Shown here one piece after another: positions 9,205 through 17,379 of a stretch of DNA of 64,000 nt. Under the pieces are notes generated by a model that saw only the letters and a program-made list of their open reading frames with translations, was not told where the DNA came from and did not search any database. This stretch comes from an uncultured virus (IMG/VR IMGVR_UViG_3300045953_000067). Its lineage: Duplodnaviria; Heunggongvirae; Uroviricota; Caudoviricetes. The stretch lies in IMG/VR virus record IMGVR_UViG_3300045953_000067, one strand, 5' to 3'. The first letter of the stretch is position 1. Every line of letters begins with the position of its first letter. Both the position numbers and the translations under genes were made by a program.

Positions 9205-9734
9205 TCGATCGGGCTTTCGTTATAGGGCTGGGCCACAAGGCCAGACACGGGAAGGACTCGGCGGCGCGGATTCTGATGGAGCGGTTCCCGGGCGACGTGC
9301 AGCGGTTCTCGTTCGCAGATGACCTGTACGCCGTCTGTCGCGCACTCCACGGCATGACCACGAAGGATCCGGTCCTGCTGCAGCGGGTCGGCGTCGCGCA
9401 GCGCGAGAAGGATCCCGGCACATGGATTCGCTGCGTGGACACGAAGATTCGAGAGGCGCAGCCCCGGGTCGCCGTGATCACTGACGTGCGGTTCCCTAAT
9501 GAGTTCGATTTTGTGAAACGGCACGGCGGTGTCTGCTGGAAGGTCGAGCGCCGGCTGTCGAATGGATCCCTGTTTGTCGATCCGTCTCGGCCGGCCGATC
9601 ACGTGAGCGAGGTCGCGCTCGACACGGCGCCCTGGGACCGGCTCCTCGAGAATCCGGACGGTCATCCTGAGGCTTTCACCGATCGCGTGCTCTGCGCCTA
9701 CGTCGCGCAAGTGGTCGCCTGGGAGGCCGCGTGA
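9201..9734 (+). CDS. Deoxynucleoside monophosphate kinase
   Basis: GHKARHGKD P-loop, SFADDL, LLQRVG, ITDVRFPNE, HVSE. Confidence 0.85.
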   Translation: MIDRAFVIGLGHKARHGKDSAARILMERFPGDVQRFSFADDLYAVCRALHGMTTKDPVLLQRVGVAQREKDPGTWIRCVDTKIREAQPRVAVITDVRFPNEFDFVKRHGGVCWKVERRLSNGSLFVDPSRPADHVSEVALDTAPWDRLLENPDGHPEAFTDRVLCAYVAQVVAWEAA

Positions 9735-9976
9735 GCATCTACGCGCGGATGTTCCTGCGTGGCTGTCTTCAGGTGTCGCTTGTTGCGATGAACACGCGCC
9801 AGCTCGCCAAGGGACATATCGGCCCGGCGATGGTCGTCGGGTTCCTCATCTCGGCCCTCTGGTGGGCTAACAGTTCGAAGGACAGGCCGGCCGGCGCCGG
9901 CGTCGGTTGCGCGTACGCGCTCGGCGCGGCGTGCGGGACCGGCCTCGGGTACCTCATCGCCGAATGGCTGTCCTGA
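9731..9976 (+). CDS. Small three-TM membrane protein
   Basis: Hydrophobic segments, YALGAACGT motif. Confidence 0.65.
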   Translation: MSIYARMFLRGCLQVSLVAMNTRQLAKGHIGPAMVVGFLISALWWANSSKDRPAGAGVGCAYALGAACGTGLGYLIAEWLS

Positions 9977-9985
9977 GAACTGCCT

Positions 9986-10378
9986 TCAGCGTCCAGGCGG
10001 CAACCATCCGCCGTCGCGACAGGTCCAGTCCGGCCCCGGCTGAACGGTCGAGCACGTGCCGGCGGGCGGGTTCGGGTTCGGGTTCGGGACGACGAACACC
10101 GGGATCGGAACCTGCCCTTCCTTTCCCAGGTCGTGCACGTTGAAGTAGCGTCGAGCGGTGACGCTGCCATCTCCGCATGTGAAGAACACGATCAGCGTCT
10201 TGTCGTACACAATCGGGGCTGAGCTCGACACGAACCCGCCGGGGCAGGCGCGATCCAGGGCCGGCAGGCGCCGGTCGGTGTAGGCCGCGAAGATGTCAAA
10301 GACAAACGTCTGCGCGGCGAGGCCGCCGGCGCACACCACGAGCAAGCACGCAGCGACGGCGAGGAACAGGCGCTTCAT
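9986..10378 (-). CDS. Exported Cys-rich protein next to attP (A)
   Basis: GGGAGG RBS, signal peptide, C-terminal C..PGPDWTCRDGGWLPP; ortholog in B. Confidence 0.8.
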   Translation of the reverse strand: MKRLFLAVAACLLVVCAGGLAAQTFVFDIFAAYTDRRLPALDRACPGGFVSSSAPIVYDKTLIVFFTCGDGSVTARRYFNVHDLGKEGQVPIPVFVVPNPNPNPPAGTCSTVQPGPDWTCRDGGWLPPGR

Positions 10379-10410
10379 GGGATGCCTCCCGGATCGACTC
10401 CTCGCAGTTT

Positions 10411-10681
10411 GTCCCACAGATCGGACAGATTGCCGTCCCACAGGAGCCGCAAGGCGATCCGCGTTGTGAGGCCGTATTTATTGGGGATTATTGCTGGTGA
10501 GCCGCGAAGGAATCGAACCTTCAACCCGCAGATTAAGAGCTCACTCGATGCGCCCCAGTCAGGCCCCGGTTTTCCGCATCGAACCACGCGATCAACGATC
10601 CGCCGCTCTCGCAGGAGAGCGGCGAGTTTGCTTCGACATTTTCACGATCCGAGACGGACGTTCCACAGATTTTCCCACAGG
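10411..10681 (+). repeat. Putative integrase arm-type sites (TCCCACAG/TTCCACAG) flanking attP A
   Basis: Copies near 10412, 10436, 10661 and 10673, two on each side of the core. Confidence 0.6.
10495..10539 (-). other. attP core A: 3' half of tRNA-Lys(CTT)
   Basis: Reverse complement CTCTTAA-TCTGC..GGTTCGATTCC..CTCACCA; 5' half absent; next to integrase 3' end. Confidence 0.9.
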
Positions 10682-11866
10682 TCGCTTGATGACATCCGCG
10701 ACGGGCATCCGGGCGCCGAGCGCCTCGAGCGGGGCCGTCTCATCGGCCGCGACGAGGTGTGTGTATATCTGGGTCGTCGTCAGGTCAGCGTGTCCCATCA
10801 GCCGCGCGCGGAGCGCCTCCGGGAGGCCCATGCGCGCGAGCTCGGTCGCCATCGTGTGCCGGAGCGAATGAAACGTGACGCCCTTCGCTCGGCCCCACAG
10901 GAGCGCCGGCGCGACGGGCTTGCCCGTCGCCTCCGACTGGCGCTTCGCGATCGCGCCCGCGGCGGCCTGGACGGCGTGCTTCAGGGCGGTCTTGATGTCG
11001 TCGACGTGCTTGCCGCGGTAGTGCACCACGTATCGCCCGCGGCGGTGCGCCTGCGCGGTCTCGAGCACGGCCCGGAGTTCCTTCGACACGTTCACGACGA
11101 GTGGGAGGCCGGTCTGTCGATCGGTCTTGTGGTCGGGGTCGACGATCTGTGTCAGTGACTCGTCGACGTGCTCGCCCCACTTCAGGTCGAGGATGTTCCG
11201 GAGGCGGAGCTTCGGGGCGAGCGCGCCGATCCCGAGGGCGATCCCGACGTGCGCCGGCGCTTGGGTGATGATCTCGCGGAGCTGCTCCAGGGTGAAGGTC
11301 CGGATCCGCTTCGGGACGCGATCGCGGATCCCGCGCTCGAAGGGGTTCTCGCGGACCTGGCTCCGCTTCCGGTGCGTCGGCATCAGCCCGACCCGATAGA
11401 GCGCGCTGCACGCCGAGCGGTAGGCATTCCGCCGGCTGCCGCTCAACTTCCGCGCGTCCATCCAGAGTTCGAACTTCTCCAGCCATTCCGGATCGGCGAT
11501 CGGGTCGCCGAGTCGGAGGTTGTGATACGGCGCCGGCTCGTCGACGGGCTCCTCCTTCGTCGGCCGCCGGCCCCAGAACGCGAGGATCATCTTCAGGTTG
11601 ATCTTGAACTGTTCCGGGCGCTTCAACTTCTTGCGCTTGACGGCGTGTGTGTAGGTCGCGCCGGCCCATTCGGTGAAGGTGGGCGTGTCCTCGGGCCCGG
11701 CCGGGTCTAGGCCGGCTTTCCGGCGCCTGAGCTTCGCGCGGAGCGCGGCTTCGAAGGCGTCGGCGTCGGCCTCGGTCGTGACGAACGTCGACCCCGTATG
11801 CCGCTGGCCGAAGAGCCAGAAGTCATAGCGGTACGTCACGCAGTCCCGCGGGCGAAAGACGGTCAC
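10592..11866 (-). CDS. int: Tyrosine integrase (A)
   Basis: R..K..HSLRH..GH..Y catalytic set; GTG start overlaps upstream TGA. Confidence 0.92.
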   Translation of the reverse strand: MTVFRPRDCVTYRYDFWLFGQRHTGSTFVTTEADADAFEAALRAKLRRRKAGLDPAGPEDTPTFTEWAGATYTHAVKRKKLKRPEQFKINLKMILAFWGRRPTKEEPVDEPAPYHNLRLGDPIADPEWLEKFELWMDARKLSGSRRNAYRSACSALYRVGLMPTHRKRSQVRENPFERGIRDRVPKRIRTFTLEQLREIITQAPAHVGIALGIGALAPKLRLRNILDLKWGEHVDESLTQIVDPDHKTDRQTGLPLVVNVSKELRAVLETAQAHRRGRYVVHYRGKHVDDIKTALKHAVQAAAGAIAKRQSEATGKPVAPALLWGRAKGVTFHSLRHTMATELARMGLPEALRARLMGHADLTTTQIYTHLVAADETAPLEALGARMPVADVIKRPVGKSVERPSRIVKMSKQTRRSPARAADR

Positions 11867-12126
11867 GCGAGCTCCGGACGTGTCAGGTGTCGCAGGCGTG
11901 GCCCGTCTGGCGGAGCGGCGCTGTCGAACACGCGCGCGTTGGTGCGGACATCGTCGGCGACAGTTCGCGTCCACCGACGGTCCGCGAGGATGGCGACGGC
12001 GTGCTCCTCGGCCTCCCGCCGCGAGCTCGCGCTTCGGACGAAGTACGGCCCGTCGTCCATCCGCTGGCCCCGATACCCGAAGACGAAGAAGAGACCGGTC
12101 GGCTGGCCACCGTTGATGATTGTCAT
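11863..12126 (-). CDS. Hypothetical protein
   Basis: Coupled to integrase start. Confidence 0.5.
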   Translation of the reverse strand: MTIINGGQPTGLFFVFGYRGQRMDDGPYFVRSASSRREAEEHAVAILADRRWTRTVADDVRTNARVFDSAAPPDGPRLRHLTRPELA

Positions 12127-12131
12127 CCGTT

Positions 12132-13547
12132 TTACCTGCCGAGCCAGAACCCGTACTTTCGACGGTTTAGTTCGCGGTTGTTCTGAAGTTCCCCGAACGA
12201 CTGCCACCGCTGCAGCGCGTTGGTCCTCAGCGACGTCAGCGACGAGACTCGCGTCCAGGTTCCGCAGTCGCTATCGCTACTGAAGCCGACGTCAGTCGCC
12301 GAGATGACGACGGCCTGCTGGCCAGCGCCAGAGACGAAGTCGTTCGCGATGATGCTGTCGAGTGTGCCTCGGAAGTCGCGGAGCCGCTCCCAGTAGCAGC
12401 CTGCTTGCGCGTTGGTCGTGTAGATCCCGGGTGTGATTTGACCGCCCACCAACCACATGCCCCCCGGGATGACTGTTTGCAGGCCCTTCAGCGGTGTGTT
12501 GAACCAGGTCCCGCAGTCCGCGTCCGTCTGGAACGCAAGATCCGTCGGCAAGATGTCGACGATCGTCTGCGCCGCGGCGAATCCTATGAAGTTATTGGCG
12601 ATGATGTCGTTCAGGCTGCCGCTCAAGCCCGACTGACGCTCCCAGTAACAACCGCTCGCAGGGATGCTGTAGTACCGGCCCGCGGCGATCTCGCTGCCCA
12701 CTCGCCATTGACCCGCGCCAAACGTCGTATTCGGGCCGCCGTTCGCGACGGTGAAAAACCGGCTGCCGAGGCCCTGCGTGTTGCCTCGGTTGTCGGTGGC
12801 CACCCAGAAGATCGAATGCACGCCATTAGTGAGTTTCGTCGTGTCGATCTGGAAGATGCCGATCGCGCCACTGGTGTTTGCGAGGCCAGGAAAGAGCCCG
12901 GCCACGTCCGGTCGAAAGTGACCATACGATGGATTCCCACGCGGGATGCTATCGATGTAGACCGTGATGGTTGAGCCGTTGGTCGGAATCATCCCCGGTT
13001 GCGGCGTCAAGGCCCAACCGAAGTTGATGATCGTTCCGCTGACGGTCTGGCCTTGCGCAGGCGTATCGATTGTGCCGAATGGCAGGCGACTAGTGCTGTT
13101 GGTCGCCGTCACCGTCCGTTGGCCCAGTGTGACGGAGTTGCCTGAGTTGTCCGTGGCGATCGCGTGCAGGCGGAACGTGCCGTTGCCGCCGTTGGGCAGG
13201 AAGTTCGAGAGGAGCATGTAGCCCCACCCGGCCCGTGTGCTATTCGGATAGGTCGGGAACTTTGCTGCGACGTCCGGCCTGGCGCCGGCAACGAACGTCG
13301 CATCGCCGACAAAGACTAGAAGACCTGACACTTCGCCAACAACCGGATCTCGATACACCTTGACCGACACGATCCCGGAGTTGTCGAGCGCCCATCCCGT
13401 GACGGCGACCTCCCCCGCTATCCCTACGCCGTCCGAAGGTGAATCGAACGAGCCGAAGGGTGGGCCCACGGCTTGACCGTGTGTCGTGGTGTTGATGAGC
13501 ACGAGGGACACGAGGAGGAGCATCCACCCGACCAGGCGACGGAGCAT
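12132..13547 (-). CDS. Exported moron protein: two Ig-like (PFGxxDxP..GWAL) repeats plus two GCYWER repeats
   Basis: Signal peptide, internal duplications, lower GC, absent from B. Confidence 0.8.
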   Translation of the reverse strand: MLRRLVGWMLLLVSLVLINTTTHGQAVGPPFGSFDSPSDGVGIAGEVAVTGWALDNSGIVSVKVYRDPVVGEVSGLLVFVGDATFVAGARPDVAAKFPTYPNSTRAGWGYMLLSNFLPNGGNGTFRLHAIATDNSGNSVTLGQRTVTATNSTSRLPFGTIDTPAQGQTVSGTIINFGWALTPQPGMIPTNGSTITVYIDSIPRGNPSYGHFRPDVAGLFPGLANTSGAIGIFQIDTTKLTNGVHSIFWVATDNRGNTQGLGSRFFTVANGGPNTTFGAGQWRVGSEIAAGRYYSIPASGCYWERQSGLSGSLNDIIANNFIGFAAAQTIVDILPTDLAFQTDADCGTWFNTPLKGLQTVIPGGMWLVGGQITPGIYTTNAQAGCYWERLRDFRGTLDSIIANDFVSGAGQQAVVISATDVGFSSDSDCGTWTRVSSLTSLRTNALQRWQSFGELQNNRELNRRKYGFWLGR

Positions 13548-13621
13548 CGCGGTCCTTCCCTTTCAGGGTTACTGTTTCCGCCGCCGCGTGCGCTCCAGAC
13601 CTCACGGTCGCGCGTAGGTCG

Positions 13622-13900
13622 TCACCGTAGAAGTTCCTGCACGCCTCTAGCGAACACGTATGGCACGATGGCAATGAGACACGCCACGGCGGCGCCGGCA
13701 GCCTCCTGCGGGGCCCCATTGGCGAGCGTGACGGTGACGAACCCAAACAGCCCGGCGACGAGCGCCGCGAGCATGGAGACCACCCAGAAAATTTTCGCGA
13801 CCACTGGGTTCCGTTGCTGCGCGACCACGTAGGCGGCGCTCGGCGCGGCGCTCTGCCAACCCGGCGCGGGTGTATGTGCCGGTTCTTCGATGGTTGTCAT
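13622..13900 (-). CDS. Two-TM membrane protein
   Basis: Hydrophobic helices, APQEAAGAA..IVPYVFAR. Confidence 0.7.
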   Translation of the reverse strand: MTTIEEPAHTPAPGWQSAAPSAAYVVAQQRNPVVAKIFWVVSMLAALVAGLFGFVTVTLANGAPQEAAGAAVACLIAIVPYVFARGVQELLR

Positions 13901-13913
13901 CGCGTGCCCCCCT

Positions 13914-14129
13914 CTACTTCAGTGACGCGAGGCGTCGGCGGATCGCGCAATCGATCATGACTTCGACCACTCGCGCAGCTCCGGGATCCAGTCGTTCAAG
14001 ATGCGCGGCCTTTGAGGCCAGTGAGGACTGCGGCGTTGGTAACTTCGCGCGCAGCATTTCAAGCTTTCGCCCCGTGAGTTCGTCGAGCCTCCTGCCCTGG
14101 TTTGAGTACGCGAGCCGCAACGTCATCAC
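13914..14129 (-). CDS. Small conserved protein (LRLxYSN family) (A)
   Basis: Ortholog at 58391-58621. Confidence 0.7.
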   Translation of the reverse strand: MMTLRLAYSNQGRRLDELTGRKLEMLRAKLPTPQSSLASKAAHLERLDPGAARVVEVMIDCAIRRRLASLK

Positions 14130-14261
14130 CGTCGCCTCCGCGCTGCGCCTCAGAGCGCGCAGCAGCAGAGCTTCGGCGATCGGTATGACAGGTCAGGTCC
14201 ATCGCTACCCGTGGTGCGGCGGCCGGTGTCACTACCTCAACCGGTAGTGTCGACGCGACAC

Positions 14262-14579
14262 TCACCGTTTCTTGCGTCGCATCTTGACGGCGGCGCCCAT
14301 CATGTCACCCATCGCGAGCGACCAGTCGCAGACCCATTCCTTGTCCGGTTCTTCCGGCTGCGCCGCCACGATGCCGACCAGCGCGCACCCGGCGTAGTAC
14401 TCGTCGAGCGTGATCTGCAGCGTCGCTGGGACCGCGGGCGGACGGGGGTTGACCAAGAGCGTGCGCCGTCGGGATCGTTCCCATCCTGAGATTGGCGTTT
14501 CATTACGATCGCCGTCTCCACGGGCCGGTGCGCGGCGTCGAACGATGCCAGGCGTGCGGGCCTTTGATGGGCGTTTCAT
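14262..14579 (-). CDS. Conserved phage protein (LDEYYAGCAL motif) (A)
   Basis: Ortholog at 58758-59081; coupled to repressor stop. Confidence 0.75.
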   Translation of the reverse strand: MKRPSKARTPGIVRRRAPARGDGDRNETPISGWERSRRRTLLVNPRPPAVPATLQITLDEYYAGCALVGIVAAQPEEPDKEWVCDWSLAMGDMMGAAVKMRRKKR

Positions 14580-14799
14580 CGGTGGCCCGCCTTTCGCTTG
14601 GGATGTCCAGGCCGCTGTCCGCGATCCTTTCGATGGCTCGCATCTTCTCGGGGAACAGGAGCGCGAGTTCCTGGAGCTTGTCCCCCAAAGCTCTCTTCGG
14701 CTTCTCGGGCGAAGTGGTCGAGAGCGTCCTTGACGACGTTGCCGAATCCTCGAAGGTCGTTGCTAAAGGCTGTGAGTGTACGAGCCGGATCCTGGTCAC
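14503..14799 (-). CDS. Candidate ORF nested in repressor 3' end (A)
   Basis: GGGAGG RBS plus GTG conserved in B; similarity to 13914-14129. Confidence 0.55.
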   Translation of the reverse strand: MTRIRLVHSQPLATTFEDSATSSRTLSTTSPEKPKRALGDKLQELALLFPEKMRAIERIADSGLDIPSERRATDETPIKGPHAWHRSTPRTGPWRRRS

Positions 14800-15166
14800 C
14801 GATGGCCCCTCCCTTGGTTCGGTCTTGATGAGCTGGAGGGGTCTCTTTTACACCAGAGCCAGGCTGATCGCGTATGGTTTTTTTACTGGGAATTTTTCCG
14901 CGCCGCAAGATGTCGTAGTCCGCATCGACGCCAACAACAAGATCCTCGATGGTCGCGCGAAGCCGTCTCGCTAGTTTCAGCAGCGTCTCCCCTTCCGGCA
15001 CGCCGCCCTTTTCGTTGATCCAATTGCTGAACATCGACGGGGTGACGTCGAGTTCGGCAGCGATCTCCTTTTTCTTCTTTCCTGGGAACCGGGTAGAACA
15101 GAGAGCCTTCAGGTTGCGGCCGAACGCCGCTGGGTCAAGCACACCGGGACGATAGCCCGTCTCCAT
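14576..15166 (-). CDS. CI-like XRE-HTH repressor (A), no S24 peptidase domain
   Basis: EIAAELDVTPSMFSNWIN HTH; divergent from cro. Confidence 0.85.
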   Translation of the reverse strand: METGYRPGVLDPAAFGRNLKALCSTRFPGKKKKEIAAELDVTPSMFSNWINEKGGVPEGETLLKLARRLRATIEDLVVGVDADYDILRRGKIPSKKTIRDQPGSGVKETPPAHQDRTKGGAIGDQDPARTLTAFSNDLRGFGNVVKDALDHFAREAEESFGGQAPGTRAPVPREDASHRKDRGQRPGHPKRKAGHR

Positions 15167-15240
15167 ATTTTTTCGCAAGCAAGAATTTTCCGTAAGCACA
15201 AGACCCGACACCACTTGCGCCTGACCGCAATATTGCTCCG

Positions 15241-15304
15241 TGTGTTCAAGCACAAATTTATCTTGCAACACATGAACTAGGGGTGTAGCTTGTGTTTCGA
15301 CGCA
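15241..15304 (+). promoter_or_regulatory. PR-like promoter (TTGCAA-17-TAGCTT) with TGTG..CACA-type operator candidates
   Basis: -35 at 15263, -10 at 15286; tgtgttcaagcaca at 15241. Confidence 0.6.
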
Positions 15305-15571
15305 ATGCCGAAGCCGCTCAGTCCGGAACAAATCGACGCGATGCGAGCCGTCCCGCTCGGAGAAATGCCGAACAAGCTCCGGATCGCGATTGCGCTCGCG
15401 AAGGTGAAGCAGGCGGAGGTCTGCGAGGAGACCGGCCTGACGCCTTCGATGGTCAGTAACTTCGTGCTCGGCAAATACACGACGTTGACCATCGACACGG
15501 CGCGGAAGCTCGCGGAGTTCTTCGGTTGCCAGATTGAGGATTTGTTCCCGGCGCGTGAGGCCGTCGCCTGA
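15305..15571 (+). CDS. Cro-like HTH protein (A)
   Basis: QAEVCEETGLTPSMVSNF..LAEFFGCQIEDLF. Confidence 0.88.
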   Translation: MPKPLSPEQIDAMRAVPLGEMPNKLRIAIALAKVKQAEVCEETGLTPSMVSNFVLGKYTTLTIDTARKLAEFFGCQIEDLFPAREAVA

Positions 15572-15661
15572 TGTCGTGTTCATCATGCCGACGAGTCTCG
15601 CCGACGACCGTGTCTCTCGTGAACTAGGCAGTTCTCAAGAGAGGAAAAAGCGAAGGCGCGT

Positions 15662-16015
15662 ATGACTTTCACACTCTGTCCGCCGTCGTGGGCCGCGGCC
15701 CTCCGTCGCGAGGATCCGGTCGTCCGGTCGATGGCGGATCGCTTCGACGAGATGCTCCGGATCTGCGACGTCAGCCGGGAGAAAGCGGCGCTCTGGATGG
15801 AGATCAGCCGGGCGCAGCTGGATCAGCAGCTCGCGGGCGACGGACATATCTCGCTCTACAGGCTCGCGATGCTCCCCGAGGATTGTGTCTCGACGCTCGC
15901 GGCCCTCGTGCTGCGCGATATGGGTCTCCCCCGGTTCCTCTGCGGGGCGGAGAACGCGCTCGACGCGGCGGATCGCGTGGCTGGCCGCCGGAAGATGGCG
16001 AGGGCCTCGCTGTGA
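15662..16015 (+). CDS. CII-like regulator (A)
   Basis: Position after cro; HTH-like EKAALWMEISRAQLDQQL. Confidence 0.55.
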   Translation: MTFTLCPPSWAAALRREDPVVRSMADRFDEMLRICDVSREKAALWMEISRAQLDQQLAGDGHISLYRLAMLPEDCVSTLAALVLRDMGLPRFLCGAENALDAADRVAGRRKMARASL

Positions 16016-16137
16016 TCACGGTGCTCTGGGTGTCGTGCGTGGCGATCGGGTCGGTGCTCGCGGTGCGCTGGGTGGTTCGGCAACCGTGGCGGCGGTACTG
16101 GCACCTCTTCCTAATCGCGCTGTTCGAGGAGCGGTAG
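16012..16137 (+). CDS. Small membrane peptide
   Basis: GTGA coupling; TM plus basic tail. Confidence 0.5.
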   Translation: MITVLWVSCVAIGSVLAVRWVVRQPWRRYWHLFLIALFEER

Positions 16138-16395
16138 ATGTTCTGGATTGAATTGCTGGTCTGGTCGTTCGGCTCGGTCTACGCGGTCCGCGGGTTGTAC
16201 CGCGCGACGTCCGGGCGCGGGCGCGTGCTCTGGCGCACGGCGCAGGTGCTCTGCTGCCTGGGGCTGCTCGGCCTCGCGACGGCGGCGGGCGCGGATGTGA
16301 TCATCGGCGATCCCGATCAAGCTCGCTGCGCGCTCTGCGCGACGCTCGAGCCGTACTCCTTCTGGTGGTTCTTCAACGCGTGCTTCGCCTGCTGA
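16138..16395 (+). CDS. Exported Cys-x14-Cys peptide precursor (A)
   Basis: TM, signal-like segment, AGA|D, conserved CxxLEPxSFxWxFxxCF. Confidence 0.75.
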   Translation: MFWIELLVWSFGSVYAVRGLYRATSGRGRVLWRTAQVLCCLGLLGLATAAGADVIIGDPDQARCALCATLEPYSFWWFFNACFAC

Positions 16396-16408
16396 GCTGG
16401 GTGAGCGT

Positions 16409-16684
16409 GTGTCGACCTGGCGCCTTCTGTCGATCGGAGAGACGGCCGCGAAGCTCGGGCGGTCCGAGCGTGAAGTGCGCGGCATGGTCTCACGCGGAGA
16501 GTTTCCGGCGCCGTGCGTGAAGCGGATCGGGCGCCGGATCTTCCTGCGCGAAGTCGCTGTCGAGGCGTGGCTCTCCGAAGACGACATGCACCCGCCGCCG
16601 TCGCAGGCCAGCGCGTTCGAGGAAGCCGAGCGGATCGCGGAGTGCGCCCGGCTCGGGATCGAACCGGATCACGTGTTTAGTTGA
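16409..16684 (+). CDS. Excisionase-like HTH_17 protein (A)
   Basis: LLSIGETAAKLG..RIGRRIF..VEAWL. Confidence 0.8.
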   Translation: MSTWRLLSIGETAAKLGRSEREVRGMVSRGEFPAPCVKRIGRRIFLREVAVEAWLSEDDMHPPPSQASAFEEAERIAECARLGIEPDHVFS

Positions 16685-16692
16685 GGCTCCCG

Positions 16693-16764
16693 ATGAAGAA
16701 GTTGATCCCGTGGATCTTCGTTGTCGCGTCGGCCGGCTTTCTCGCGGGGGTGTTCACGTCATGA
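16693..16764 (+). CDS. 23-aa single-TM microprotein (A)
   Basis: MKKLIPWIFVVASAGFLAGVFTS; ortholog at 61008-61082. Confidence 0.65.
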   Translation: MKKLIPWIFVVASAGFLAGVFTS

Positions 16765-17189
16765 GAGAGAACCCGATCGACCCGCCTACTCCACCCGGAC
16801 CCGAGACGGATCCCGGCTACTACGAGCGGCCGTTTCTCCCGGAGCTTCCGCTCTGGGTGTGGCTCGTCTGGGGGCTCATCGTCGGCGCGTCGCTCGCGGT
16901 CCTGATCTACCTCGGCGTCGAGACGGCGAGGGCGCAGGAGGCGCCGGCGCGGCCGATGAAGTCCTGGCAACTCGGATGGTTGCCCGGGATCGACAACGCG
17001 GACACCGAGAACATGGACCGGCGCTTCAGGGTGGACGTGTACGACACCGAGGGCGTCTGTCTCTATGTCGTGAGCGGCTATCAGCGAACAGAGCCGATCA
17101 GGTTGGACGTTCCGATCGCTCTCGGAATGACGTCGGCGATCGCGGCCGTCCCGAAGACGCAACTCCCGAAAGGCGCGGGCTGTCAGTGA
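16761..17189 (+). CDS. Membrane-anchored/exported protein
   Basis: TM, ARA|Q, two Cys. Confidence 0.6.
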   Translation: MRENPIDPPTPPGPETDPGYYERPFLPELPLWVWLVWGLIVGASLAVLIYLGVETARAQEAPARPMKSWQLGWLPGIDNADTENMDRRFRVDVYDTEGVCLYVVSGYQRTEPIRLDVPIALGMTSAIAAVPKTQLPKGAGCQ

Positions 17190-17379
17190 CGCGCTGGTCA
17201 CGGTTCCTCATCGCGATCGGTTGGACGCCGGATCTCCGTCTGGACACGGCGCGCAAGTTTGCGGCGTGGGGCGGCGAGCCGGTGCGGTACCGACAGACGC
17301 AGAAAGGCGACGAGGCTCGGCACCAGATCCGAAAGCCGATGTCGTTCGCCGAGTGGCTGAAGCGGTACGGCAAGGCGTC

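Noticed and set aside
10495..10539. Functional tRNA genes here and at 56791-56847
   Set aside because: Only the 3' parts are present; they are att cores.
14576..15586. 336-aa and 356-aa (59078-60148) long repressor ORFs
   Set aside because: The N-terminal extensions are antisense to cro and cross the promoters; real starts are near 15166 and 59629.
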